DNA from: Anaerolineales bacterium UBA3499
Lineage (GTDB): Bacteria > Chloroflexota > Anaerolineae > Anaerolineales > UBA11657
Assembly (NCBI GenBank): GCA_002377585.1
Contig: DFQC01000025.1
Location: forward strand, 91,740 to 155,739
Length of the DNA: 64,000 nt
Reading direction: 5' to 3'
Shown: one piece after another, positions 1 through 10,131 of the stretch
Position numbering within the stretch: position 1 is the stretch's first letter
How the letters are laid out: each line of letters opens with the position of its first letter
Notes under the pieces: model-generated
Database searches by the model: none
What the model was told of the DNA's origin: nothing
Seen by the model: only the letters and a program-made list of their open reading frames with translations
Translations under genes and position numbers: made by a program

Positions 1-359
1 CTTCAGGACATTACACTCGGTATTACCAGTCAATGGTTGATACTTACTATAATGCTATAGGTGGAGCCAGACCACTATGCTTTACAGAAATTGGATATCT
101 TAGTGGTGAGGAATGGGGTACGCTACCGCCTGCATTTCTCTGGCAGCCACCATACAACCTCACGGCAGCGCAACATGCTCAGTACCTAGCTGATGCGGTA
201 CGAATCTCACGTGTGCAGGGGAAAGTACGCCTGTTCATCATATTCAATGTGGACTTTACCCATTGGAGCGATGATCCTCAAGCTGGATTTGCCATGTTAA
301 GACCAGGTGGTAATTGTCCTTCCTGTGGCCCACTCCAGGCAGCTATGTCTGGCAATTAG
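1..359 (+). CDS. Partial (5'-truncated) glycoside hydrolase-like protein, C-terminal end
   Basis: The frame is open from the window start (SGHYTRYYQSMVDTYY...). LCFTEIGY resembles the clan GH-A nucleophile motif (TExGY), followed by LFIIFNVD. Confidence 0.5.
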   Translation, partial: SGHYTRYYQSMVDTYYNAIGGARPLCFTEIGYLSGEEWGTLPPAFLWQPPYNLTAAQHAQYLADAVRISRVQGKVRLFIIFNVDFTHWSDDPQAGFAMLRPGGNCPSCGPLQAAMSGN

Positions 360-485
360 ACCTTTAGCAGAATACATAGAAAATACTTATGGAATGTGAT
401 TCAGTACGATTTTCGTGCTAGAATAATTGTTGACTATAGAACTATTTGCTCTTACAAATATCTGCATAAGAGCAGGGAAATCAAA

Positions 486-1613
486 ATGATGGTATACAAG
501 TATAAGCGCTTAGTAGTAAAACTTGGCACATCAACATTAACTTCAGGTACCCCTCACCTCTCAGAGGAACCATTGTCTAATTTGATTGCTCAAATTGCTG
601 CGCTTTGTGATGGTGGTTGTGAAGTGATACTTGTATCATCTGGCGCCATGGCAGCGGGACGCGAAGCTCTTGAATTTCCAAAGCTGCCTAAAGAGATTCC
701 TGCCAAGCAAATGCTATCGGCAGTCGGACAACCAAGACTAATGGCAATATATGAAAAATTGTTTGCACATCACAATCACACAGTTGCGCAAGTACTGTTA
801 ACTCGCCAGGACCTTACTCAAAGACGTAGTTACCTAAACTCCCGTAACACTTTACTTGCATTGCTCAACCAAAAAGTTCTACCTATAGTAAATGAAAATG
901 ATGCGGTCACTACTGAAGAGATCCGTGTTGGTGATAACGACAACCTGTCCGCACTAGTAGCAAACCTCGTAGATGCCGACTTGTTGTTAATGCTTACTGA
1001 TCAGCCCGGTGTGTTCACATCAGACCCTCGAACTAATCCCAAGGCCAAGTTATTAAAAGAAATTACTAGCAGTGAGATACCTGAAGAATTGTGGAAATCT
1101 GCAAGTAATTCGAAGGACGAACTAGGCACTGGAGGTATGATAACCAAACTACAGGCTGCGGATTTAGCACGACGTTCTGGTACAAACGTAGTGATAGCCA
1201 GCGGTACTGAGCCTGAAGTAATTCTTAGAACTGCGAAAGGCGACGCCATAGGCACACATTTTAAAGCAACTGCGACAACCCTAGAAAGTCGAAAACGGTT
1301 CATTCTTTCGGGAACAGTTCATACTGGCAAGATACAAATAGATAATGGTGCTACTAGTGCACTACAAAATGTGAGTAGCTTGTTGCCTGTGGGTGTTACA
1401 TCAATATCGGGATCATTTGATCGCGGAGATACGGTTGCTGTAATCGATATAAATAGTAATGAAATCGCACGTGGATTAACTAATTATAGCTCCGCTGAAC
1501 TATATAAAATAGCCGGTCGCCAGTCAAAAGATATTGAATCAATTCTAGGGTATTATTATGGTGAGGAAGTTATACACCGAGATCAGTTGGTGCTGATACA
1601 TACTCCGAACTAG
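486..1613 (+). CDS. proB: Glutamate 5-kinase with C-terminal PUA domain
   Basis: VVKLGTS, VSSGAMAAG, AVGQ, PIVNENDAV, GDNDNLSA, GTGGMITK, SLLPVGV. Start moved to ATG 486, after an AGGGA RBS-like sequence. Confidence 0.96.
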   Translation: MMVYKYKRLVVKLGTSTLTSGTPHLSEEPLSNLIAQIAALCDGGCEVILVSSGAMAAGREALEFPKLPKEIPAKQMLSAVGQPRLMAIYEKLFAHHNHTVAQVLLTRQDLTQRRSYLNSRNTLLALLNQKVLPIVNENDAVTTEEIRVGDNDNLSALVANLVDADLLLMLTDQPGVFTSDPRTNPKAKLLKEITSSEIPEELWKSASNSKDELGTGGMITKLQAADLARRSGTNVVIASGTEPEVILRTAKGDAIGTHFKATATTLESRKRFILSGTVHTGKIQIDNGATSALQNVSSLLPVGVTSISGSFDRGDTVAVIDINSNEIARGLTNYSSAELYKIAGRQSKDIESILGYYYGEEVIHRDQLVLIHTPN

Positions 1614-1622
1614 GAGAAATTT

Positions 1623-2897
1623 ATGATCGATTTGACATCCATGGCAGCTGGAGCCAAAATCGCCGCTCGCCATATGGCACATGCAAGCACAGATGATAAG
1701 AACATAGCACTAAAAGCTATTGCCATAAATCTAGAACGATTCCAAAAAGATATATTGACTGCTAACAAACAAGATATCAATGAAGGACAGAAAAATGGTC
1801 TGAACTCCGCGCTAATTGACCGTTTGACACTCACACCCGAAAGGCTTGGAGCTATGGCTGATGATGTCACAAATATCGCTTCACTCCCGGATCCCATTGG
1901 TGAATGTTTTGACAGACAAATACTTGAGAATGGATTGCAGATTGAACGGCAACGTGTTCCTATTGGTGTATTAGGTGTGATTTACGAGTCTCGGCCAAAT
2001 GTAACAATAGATGTGACCGCCTTAGCAATCAAAACTGGGAACGTAGTATTGCTACGCGGAGGCAGTGAAACCATACATTCAAATAGAGTTTTAGTGAACT
2101 TAGTGCAGCAGGCTCTGCGTGATGCTGATCTCCCAGAATCTTCTGTGCAGTTCATCGACGATCGGGATCGTAAATATGTGGCCGAGCTTTTGAAATTACA
2201 TGAATATGTAGAAATGATTATTCCAAGAGGTTCCAATGCTCTGCATACATTCTGCCGTGAGAATAGCACTATACCAGTTATAACTGGTGGAATAGGCATA
2301 TGTCATTTGTATGTAGATGAAAGTGCCGATATTAAACTGGCCATACCAGTTATAGAAAATGCTAAGGTACAAAGACCATCTGTGTGCAATGCTCTTGATA
2401 CACTCTTGGTACACGAAGCAATCGCTGCTGATCTTTTACCCAGAGTAATTAATCAACTTGGTGAATCGGGAGTGACATTTAGAACAGACAAGCAGGCACT
2501 ATCTATACTAGAGAAAGCAAGACTGAGCAATGATTCGACAAAAGTACAGTTAGCAGGACCTAATGATTTTGATATCGAATGGCTTTCTCTTGTGCTTGGT
2601 ATCAAAATAGTGAAAAACCTAGATGAGGCAACTGAGCATATTCATAAACATAGCACCAATCATTCTGATGGTATTTTGACTGAAACCGACAAACATGCCG
2701 AACGATTTGTGGCAGAAATAGATTCAGCAGCTGTATATGTCAATAGTAGCACACGCTTTACTGATGGAGGACAATTAGGTCTAGGCGCCGAAGTTGCTGT
2801 AAGCACTCAAAGATTACATGCCCGTGGACCAATGGGATTGCCTGAGCTTTCTACATACAAATGGGTAGTAAGAGGGTCATATACCTCAAGATCCTAA
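1623..2897 (+). CDS. proA: Gamma-glutamyl phosphate reductase
   Basis: VPIGVLGVIYESRPNVT, IIPRG, SVCNALDTLLVH, NSSTRFTDGGQLGLGAEVAVSTQRLHARGPMGL; AGGAG RBS; directly follows proB. Confidence 0.97.
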   Translation: MIDLTSMAAGAKIAARHMAHASTDDKNIALKAIAINLERFQKDILTANKQDINEGQKNGLNSALIDRLTLTPERLGAMADDVTNIASLPDPIGECFDRQILENGLQIERQRVPIGVLGVIYESRPNVTIDVTALAIKTGNVVLLRGGSETIHSNRVLVNLVQQALRDADLPESSVQFIDDRDRKYVAELLKLHEYVEMIIPRGSNALHTFCRENSTIPVITGGIGICHLYVDESADIKLAIPVIENAKVQRPSVCNALDTLLVHEAIAADLLPRVINQLGESGVTFRTDKQALSILEKARLSNDSTKVQLAGPNDFDIEWLSLVLGIKIVKNLDEATEHIHKHSTNHSDGILTETDKHAERFVAEIDSAAVYVNSSTRFTDGGQLGLGAEVAVSTQRLHARGPMGLPELSTYKWVVRGSYTSRS

Positions 2898-2929
2898 TAC
2901 AATAACATTGTCTATATATCAAAAGAGTA

Positions 2930-3751
2930 TCAACTTTTTCCCAGCAAGTCTTTCAAATTTTGCGCTAAGTCAGCCATATTGTCAGGAACTTTTCCACCTT
3001 CTAAAATTGCCTGCCCAAGACCAGATTGCCTAAATTCCATTAAATCACGGTCAAAACCATCTTGCGGTGCAGTATCTGAAATAATTACTCCATCTCGCAT
3101 ATTAACAATTCTGCGCATCATATTAGCGCATTGAATATTATGTGTCACAACGATAAGGGTAGTGCCTTGTGTCTGATTAAGTTCGGACATCAACTCCATT
3201 ATATCTATAGTAGTTTTTGAATCTAGATTGCCCGTAGGTTCATCTGCCAAAACTATTTTTGGGTCGTTAGCAAGCGCACGTGCAATAGCGACTCGCTGAC
3301 GTTCACCACCTGACAGCTGACTCGGTAGCGATTTTAATCGATGCTCTAGACCAACCAGAACAAGCAATTCATTTGCACGATCACGCCTTGCTGACTTAGT
3401 CATACTAGATTCATGTAAGGGAACAATCACATTTTCCAGTGCGGTAAGTGTAGGAATAAGATTATGCATCTGAAATATAAATCCTACAGTTTTACTTCGG
3501 AAAATATCTATATTTTGCACTGAGCTCAGTGAAACTCCATCTATTAGAACATCCCCGGAACTAGGATCATCTAAACCACCCAACATATTTAACAAAGTAG
3601 ATTTTCCGGATCCAGAAGGTCCCACTATAGCCACAAAATCGCCTGAATATATTGCGAGATTGACACCATCCAATGCTCGCACAGTTTCTACCGTTCCAAA
3701 AACTTTCGTCAGTTCTCTGGTTTCTACTACTATAGTGCTATCAGACGACAT
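2930..3751 (-). CDS. ABC transporter ATP-binding protein, LolD/MacB-type
   Basis: GPSGSGKST, GFIFQ, LSGGERQRVAIARAL, LADEPTGNLD, VVTHN. Confidence 0.93.
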   Translation of the reverse strand: MSSDSTIVVETRELTKVFGTVETVRALDGVNLAIYSGDFVAIVGPSGSGKSTLLNMLGGLDDPSSGDVLIDGVSLSSVQNIDIFRSKTVGFIFQMHNLIPTLTALENVIVPLHESSMTKSARRDRANELLVLVGLEHRLKSLPSQLSGGERQRVAIARALANDPKIVLADEPTGNLDSKTTIDIMELMSELNQTQGTTLIVVTHNIQCANMMRRIVNMRDGVIISDTAPQDGFDRDLMEFRQSGLGQAILEGGKVPDNMADLAQNLKDLLGKS

Positions 3752-3816
3752 AATATTCCCATTTTAGTGTTCAAATCTAGATGCTATAGGAAAAACATAA
3801 TAATGCATCTCATAGA

Positions 3817-6069
3817 TCATTCATAACGCAATGCTTCTATTGGTTTCAAGTTGGCCCCTTTCCAGGCTGGATATATAGATCCCACAAGACCCAGAACCAA
3901 TACTAGAACACTGATTTGCACAAATATTGGACCTTCATATATTGGGTTGAAAAAAGATCCATAAAGAGGTATCAAACCTAATAGGCTATTGAGTCCTATG
4001 CCAATACCAATACCAGCTATACCACTGAACAAGCTTAACGCTAAACCTTCTACCACTATCATACCGACTACACTTTTCCTCTTCCAACCTACCGCTCGAA
4101 GCAATCCAATTTCCTGTGTTCTTTCAAAAACACTCATTAACATAGCATTCATCATGACAATACCACCAACCAACATAGTTAATCCACTCATAGCATTCAT
4201 CATTGATTCCATAGTCTTAAAATCCTGCATTTTTTCGGTAAACGTACTAGTAGTACCTACCATTACATCAGCAAACTGTTGTTCTAACAGATTGGCTACA
4301 CCGACTGCTCTCTTTTGATCATGTAAAGCTACTCCGAGAAATGAAACTTCACCCTGTTTGTCAAACAGATTCTGTGAATCTCGTAGCGATATCGCTGCTC
4401 CTGTATCTTCAAAACTAACGCCATTTTCATATATACCCACAATAATAAAGCGCGCTCCAGCAATACGCATTTTGTCGCCCAGTTCTTTCTTGAGGCTATT
4501 GGCTGCAAGTCGACCCAGTATCACCTCTCCAGAGCGCTGAAGCGTCCTTCCCTCACGAACATTGTAGTCATTGATCTTAGATTCTCGCGGATCAAGACCA
4601 TTAACCATAAAAAATGGTAGTCCAGGAGCGGTAGTTATGCCCCACACAATCCGAGAAACTGATTTGACTTCTGGGTGTGCGCGAATACTGTTTGCGGTAC
4701 GCTCAGAAATTACAGAAAGTGTCGCATCTGCTGCATCTTTTTCCTCTACTATTAAATCAGAATCACCTGCACTCATATAATTTGTGAACATAGATTCCAT
4801 GCCACTAGCCATCCCCATCAAAGCAAATGTAAATCCAACACCTAGGCCAATACTTGTAAGAGTTACGAAGGTACGTGTAGGTCGCCTCCACAAGTTCCGT
4901 AGTGATGAGTTAGATAATAGACGACTAATCAATTCCATACTAGATGTTGTAGATACTGGTAAATTAGTTCCTGCTCGCATAGCCTCCGCAGGCAATAATT
5001 TGGATGCACGCCAAGCTGGATACAATCCGCTTAGAATACCAAGACTAATTGACAAACCTAAGGCCCGAACAAATATATCGATCGTGTATGCACCTGACAA
5101 CATAGAGCTCACTGCTGGAGATAATTTAATTGCTTCCGTTAAACCATATCCCACACCAACTCCAACTACTCCTCCCACGAAAGCGACAATCACGGACTCT
5201 CCTAATATCATCACTATAACCCTTCGTCTTCTCCAACCTATAGCCCGCAATACACCTATTTCGCGTGTACGCTCAAAAACACTCATTAGAGTACTATTCA
5301 TCATCCCAAGACCGCCTACGAGCACAGCAAATATCCCCATATAAAAACCAAATGAACGATACATTCCAAGCATTTCAGTTTGGCGAGTCTGTTCACCCGA
5401 GCGAGTAGCTGCTAATTTAGGCCAGCGATTCTCTATCTCATTCTTAATCGCATCTATACGAGTTTTGTCATTCACGCGCATATTGAAATAGCTAACTTGA
5501 TACCGTTGATCGAAAAAACGTTGCGCATCGGACAAACTCATCACTGCTCCACCATCTTCAAAACTGGTGCCAGTCTCATATATGCCAGCTACCCGATATG
5601 TAGTACCTTCTAAGCGAAATGCTTCCCCAACATCTTTATCAAATGATTCTGCAGCAAGTTTCCCGATAAGGATTTGCTTGCGCTGTAAGATTGGACCTCC
5701 AGCAATAAGACGATAATTGGACATACTAAAACCGCGAGTGTCTTCACCAGTGACAATAAAATACGGCACACTGTCCATCTGTACTATATTTACAATTGCA
5801 CCCGTAACCTCATCCACACCAGGAATTCGCTCAATATCAGCAGCGATACTCTCATCCACTTTGCTAAATAGCACCATCATTGCATCCTTCTGGGCAACCA
5901 TGAGATCTGCATCGGAAGAAGTAAAAACCTCTTCCATACCCCTGGACATACCCTCACCTAGTGCTGATAGAGATACAACAGCTGCAACACCCATGGCTAT
6001 ACCAAGGATTGTCAAAAGGGTACGAGTTTTACGATTCCAAAGATTGCTAACAATCAAGTTGTCAGCCAC
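3817..6069 (-). CDS. MacB/FtsX-family ABC permease with two tandem permease repeats
   Basis: Two homologous halves: NLWNRKTRT...MSVFERTREIGVLRAIGW...GLYPAWRASKL and NLWRRPTRT...MSVFERTQEIGLLRAVGW...SIYPAWKGANL. Confidence 0.92.
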   Translation of the reverse strand: MADNLIVSNLWNRKTRTLLTILGIAMGVAAVVSLSALGEGMSRGMEEVFTSSDADLMVAQKDAMMVLFSKVDESIAADIERIPGVDEVTGAIVNIVQMDSVPYFIVTGEDTRGFSMSNYRLIAGGPILQRKQILIGKLAAESFDKDVGEAFRLEGTTYRVAGIYETGTSFEDGGAVMSLSDAQRFFDQRYQVSYFNMRVNDKTRIDAIKNEIENRWPKLAATRSGEQTRQTEMLGMYRSFGFYMGIFAVLVGGLGMMNSTLMSVFERTREIGVLRAIGWRRRRVIVMILGESVIVAFVGGVVGVGVGYGLTEAIKLSPAVSSMLSGAYTIDIFVRALGLSISLGILSGLYPAWRASKLLPAEAMRAGTNLPVSTTSSMELISRLLSNSSLRNLWRRPTRTFVTLTSIGLGVGFTFALMGMASGMESMFTNYMSAGDSDLIVEEKDAADATLSVISERTANSIRAHPEVKSVSRIVWGITTAPGLPFFMVNGLDPRESKINDYNVREGRTLQRSGEVILGRLAANSLKKELGDKMRIAGARFIIVGIYENGVSFEDTGAAISLRDSQNLFDKQGEVSFLGVALHDQKRAVGVANLLEQQFADVMVGTTSTFTEKMQDFKTMESMMNAMSGLTMLVGGIVMMNAMLMSVFERTQEIGLLRAVGWKRKSVVGMIVVEGLALSLFSGIAGIGIGIGLNSLLGLIPLYGSFFNPIYEGPIFVQISVLVLVLGLVGSIYPAWKGANLKPIEALRYE

Positions 6070-6430
6070 CTGCAGTTATAGTAGCTCGCAAAACAACACC
6101 TGACAAAAACAATAATGTTAATCCGTAGAATAGTGCTTCACGATATGTGCTACGACCACGAGTGAAAGCGAACACTGCTGGTAGAGTGATCACTCCTAGT
6201 GCACCATACAGGTAATGTACACCGCGAATAGCAATGCGACCTTGAAACAGCATCACCACTCCGATAGCGGCCTGTAGAATAAATACTAATGCAACAATAG
6301 CAATAGCACCCCAGTATTGAGGAGTCAAATCACGTCGCCGTATATATATCCAAAAACTCCAGGCTGCCACAATCAACGAGTAAATTAGTATTGTATTTGC
6401 TAATCCATCATGTAGTCTTGTAGTTATCAT
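6062..6430 (-). CDS. Small 4-TM membrane protein of unknown function
   Basis: Four hydrophobic segments; overlaps the permease start by 8 nt; His in RLHDG and VHYLYG. Confidence 0.75.
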   Translation of the reverse strand: MITTRLHDGLANTILIYSLIVAAWSFWIYIRRRDLTPQYWGAIAIVALVFILQAAIGVVMLFQGRIAIRGVHYLYGALGVITLPAVFAFTRGRSTYREALFYGLTLLFLSGVVLRATITAGG

Positions 6431-6509
6431 AAAGATATTCTAGCATAACTGTACACTAAACCACATATGCGATACAGCATGCTAAAATGAGTTTAAGTGG
6501 ATTAATATT

Positions 6510-7526
6510 ATGTCAAACAATGAATTGATACGAGTACTTATCACACAACCATTTGCCTCTAAATTGATTCAAAGTTTGCAATCAATATCATCACAATTAA
6601 TAATCAAACATGTTCCTACAAAAAACCCGGCGGAGCTGGAAAAAGAGTGGCCTACAGTGGAAGTACTATATACTGCCAAAATTGTTCCAAAACCCGAACA
6701 AGCACCATGCTTGTCCTGGATACAGGCTCATTTCGCTGGAATTGAACATCTACTTAAACACCCAATTACAAATCAAGTACACCTTACAACTGCAAGCGGA
6801 GTCGGAGCAAAATCTATAGCAGAATATGTAATAGGGGGACTACTATCCCTTAATCACCATATACCTAGTTTTCTTGAACACCAATCCCAAAAAGCATGGT
6901 CCTCAAAACGCTTACAGATTTTTGTTCCTAGTGAGCTCCAAAATACTACACTGGGAATAATAGGCTATGGAGGAATTGGACAAGAAATAGCACGCCTAGC
7001 TAGTGCATTTGGTATGAAAATATTAGTAACCAAACGTGATATTGCAGAACCAAGTATAAATAGCTGGCAATTTCCAAATCCCTCAAAAATACAGCATGGC
7101 TTGGTGGAAAAAATATACTTACCTGAGCATCTACATATCATGCTAAAACAGTGTGATTATGTTGTAGCAGCAGTTCCATTGACTGAGAATACCAAACATA
7201 TGATAAGCTCATTAGAATTCAGTGCGATGAAAAAAGGGACTATCTTAGTGAATATATCACGCGGAAAAGTTGTAGATGAATTGGCATTAATTGACGCGTT
7301 ACAGTCTGACCATCTAAGAGGCGCCATACTAGATGTATTTGAAACAGAACCGCTAGATGCAAAAAGCCCCCTATGGAACCTGCCCAATGTAATTATAAGT
7401 CCACATGTTTCAGGACTAACTCCCAATTATGATCAACGCGCTGTAGAATTATTTGAGAACAACTTGAAAAGATACTTATCTGGAAATCCGTTACTTAATG
7501 AAGTAAATATCAAACGAGGATATTGA
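6510..7526 (+). CDS. D-2-hydroxyacid dehydrogenase family protein
   Basis: GIIGYGGIG, NISRG, DVFETEPL, SPHVSG (Arg/Glu/His catalytic set). Confidence 0.9.
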   Translation: MSNNELIRVLITQPFASKLIQSLQSISSQLIIKHVPTKNPAELEKEWPTVEVLYTAKIVPKPEQAPCLSWIQAHFAGIEHLLKHPITNQVHLTTASGVGAKSIAEYVIGGLLSLNHHIPSFLEHQSQKAWSSKRLQIFVPSELQNTTLGIIGYGGIGQEIARLASAFGMKILVTKRDIAEPSINSWQFPNPSKIQHGLVEKIYLPEHLHIMLKQCDYVVAAVPLTENTKHMISSLEFSAMKKGTILVNISRGKVVDELALIDALQSDHLRGAILDVFETEPLDAKSPLWNLPNVIISPHVSGLTPNYDQRAVELFENNLKRYLSGNPLLNEVNIKRGY

Positions 7527-7569
7527 ATCTACAATACTTAATTGTGAGCAAATAACCTGTGGCAATAAA

Positions 7570-7977
7570 TCAACTGTCGACTGATTCATACAGTTCCAGC
7601 AATACTCCTCCAGTACTATTTGGATGGATGAAAATAGCTCGTTTCCCTGCAGCCCCATCTATTGGAACATCATTCAACAAATGAATTCCTTTTGACTTGA
7701 GTTCTATAATCATAGAAGACAAATCTTCCACTCCTAGTGCAATATGATGCATTGATGATCCTTTCTTCTGAACAAAACGAGCTATTCCACTATCTTCAGT
7801 GGTAGGTTCTACCAATTCAATTTTACTTGCACCTATCTGAAAAAATGCTGTATCAACTTGTTGTGATAACACTTTCTCACGGTGCGTCACTTTAAGCCCT
7901 AAAGCGTCACGCCAAAAACTAAGAGATTCTTCCAAATCAGAAACTGCTATGGCAATGTGGTCTATATGTTTTATCAT
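7570..7977 (-). CDS. mce: Methylmalonyl-CoA epimerase
   Basis: IDHIAIAV, KIELVEP, MHHIAL, FIHPNSTGGVLLEL (VOC fold); last gene of the pcc/mutase operon. Confidence 0.92.
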   Translation of the reverse strand: MIKHIDHIAIAVSDLEESLSFWRDALGLKVTHREKVLSQQVDTAFFQIGASKIELVEPTTEDSGIARFVQKKGSSMHHIALGVEDLSSMIIELKSKGIHLLNDVPIDGAAGKRAIFIHPNSTGGVLLELYESVDS

Positions 7978-7990
7978 TGTTATCAATATA

Positions 7991-9622
7991 CTATATTAAA
8001 GACCTATATTCACCCCATACATTACGAAGCACATTACAAATTTCACCTAAGGTAACATCATGCTGTACGCATTCAATAAAAAGTGGCATTAGGTTGTCTG
8101 TACCTCGTGCAGCATTAGATAATTGGTCAAGAAGTGTACTTGTCTTTTCTGAATCACGCTGTTCACGAATAGCACGTACCCGTTCACACTGCTGCTCTTC
8201 AGTTTCCTTATCCAAAATTAATCTATCTATCTCTAATTTTTTATCGTCAGCAAAATTGTTTACGCCTACTACAACCTGGTCCCCCTGTTCAACATTTTTT
8301 TGATAAGCATATGCAGCATCATGAATTTCTCCCTGCATATAGCCAGATTCAATTGCTGCAAGTGATCCGCCAATGTCATCAATATGTCTGATATATTTTT
8401 CTGCACGAGATTGTATTTCGTTAGTCAATGATTCTATCGCATATCCACCACCCAAAGGATCAACAATATCAGCTACTCCTGATTCATGGGCGATAATTTG
8501 CTGCGTACGAAGAGCAACCTGGGCTGCTGAAGCAGTCGGCAGAGCCAATGCTTCATCCATTGAGTTAGTATGAATACTCTGCGCACCACCAAGAACAGCT
8601 GCTAGGGCCTGTATAGTAACTCTGGTTACATTATTCTCAGGCTGCTGCGCAGTGAGCGTACTACCACCAGTCTGTGCATGAAAACGCATCATTTGACTTT
8701 TAGGATCTTCACAACTGAACCGATTCTTGATTATTCCCGCCCACATACGCCTAGCAGCCCTGAATTTAGCAATCTCCTCTAGAAATTCATTATGTGCATT
8801 GAAGAAAAAGCTAATTCTCGGAGCAAAATTATCAATCTTCAATCCTGAATTGATTGCCGATTCCACATAAGTTATCGCATTAGCTAACGTAAATGCTACT
8901 TCCTGAACAGCGGTACTACCAGCCTCACGTATATGATAACCAGAAATACTGATAGTATTCCAGTATGGTAAATGTATGTCACAATATCTAAATACATCAG
9001 TAACCAATCGCAGCGAGGGTGCTGGAGGGAAAATATACGTACCACGGGCCAGATACTCCTTGAGTATATCATTTTGTATAGTGCCACGTAGTTTATTAAT
9101 ATCAACTTGTTGGCGCTTAGCAACCGAGATATACATAGCCAGTAAAATTGCTGCTGGTGCATTAATAGTCATGCTTGTACTGACTTTTTCCATTGGGATC
9201 CCATCAAATAAACGATACATATCTTCCAGCGTTGATATAGACACACCAACCTTACCAACTTCTCCCTCAGCCAACGGGTCATCAGGATCATAACCAATTT
9301 GAGTAGGTAAATCAAACGCCACAGAAAGTCCAGTCTGCCCTTGCTCAAGCAAAAACTTAAATCGCCGGTTGGTTTCGTCAGCGCTAGCATAACCAGCATA
9401 TTGCCTCATCGTCCAATAACGACCACGATACATTGTGGGATAAATACCACGCGTATATGGATACTGACCAGGCATTGCTAAATCATCCATAGAAGAGTCA
9501 GATTCCCCTTCAGACAAAAATACTCTTTTCAAAGGTATACCGGATGAAGTAGAAAATTTAATGCGGCGTTCTAATTGCTGATCTAATTTAGCTCTATCTT
9601 TTCTTGAATTAAAATTCGTCAT
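7991..9622 (-). CDS. Methylmalonyl-CoA mutase, substrate-binding (large) subunit without B12-binding domain
   Basis: [64 protein letters not shown]; no DxHxxG domain. Confidence 0.92.
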   Translation of the reverse strand: MTNFNSRKDRAKLDQQLERRIKFSTSSGIPLKRVFLSEGESDSSMDDLAMPGQYPYTRGIYPTMYRGRYWTMRQYAGYASADETNRRFKFLLEQGQTGLSVAFDLPTQIGYDPDDPLAEGEVGKVGVSISTLEDMYRLFDGIPMEKVSTSMTINAPAAILLAMYISVAKRQQVDINKLRGTIQNDILKEYLARGTYIFPPAPSLRLVTDVFRYCDIHLPYWNTISISGYHIREAGSTAVQEVAFTLANAITYVESAINSGLKIDNFAPRISFFFNAHNEFLEEIAKFRAARRMWAGIIKNRFSCEDPKSQMMRFHAQTGGSTLTAQQPENNVTRVTIQALAAVLGGAQSIHTNSMDEALALPTASAAQVALRTQQIIAHESGVADIVDPLGGGYAIESLTNEIQSRAEKYIRHIDDIGGSLAAIESGYMQGEIHDAAYAYQKNVEQGDQVVVGVNNFADDKKLEIDRLILDKETEEQQCERVRAIREQRDSEKTSTLLDQLSNAARGTDNLMPLFIECVQHDVTLGEICNVLRNVWGEYRSLI

Positions 9623-10131
9623 TGGTCGTCTGAAGGTGAGAGTACTAACAAAACCGCATCCTGCTGAATCGTATCTTCCGGATTGACTTGTATACGCAGA
9701 ATAGTTCCATCAAGCGGAGACTTAAGCTCATTTTGCATCTTCATCGATTCTAAAACTACTAAAATATCACCCTGTCTAATTTCTTGACCTTCCTTGACCG
9801 GAACTGAAACAACTAATCCAGGCATTGGAGCCTTCAAGTAATAATCCCCCTTAGTTGATGCTCCAGCTCCACCAAGACTCATCAACCTCTGAGACCGCTC
9901 ATCCTCTATTTCAACCATATAAAGGTCACCTTTGTGTAGAACCTGCCATCCATCATCGGTGCCCTCGATATGACCCTCGTACGAATTGCCTCCAATCAAG
10001 AGTGAATATAAAGGCCCATTACCTATTGCTCTGAAGTCTATTTCATATCTCTCACCGTCAACAGTCACATGGCTGTCTTCATTGATATCTACTTCAAATG
10101 TAGTCCCATTCACAGTAGCTAAGTATTTCAT
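9619..10131 (-). CDS. Biotin carboxyl carrier protein
   Basis: APMPGLV and the ESMKMQNE biotinylation motif; 4-nt overlaps with both neighbours. Confidence 0.93.
   Translation of the reverse strand: MKYLATVNGTTFEVDINEDSHVTVDGERYEIDFRAIGNGPLYSLLIGGNSYEGHIEGTDDGWQVLHKGDLYMVEIEDERSQRLMSLGGAGASTKGDYYLKAPMPGLVVSVPVKEGQEIRQGDILVVLESMKMQNELKSPLDGTILRIQVNPEDTIQQDAVLLVLSPSDDQ

Noticed and set aside
3989-6103. Series of plus-strand ORFs antisense to the permease, and similar short antisense ORFs throughout
   Set aside because: These are shadow ORFs of real genes with no recognisable motifs.
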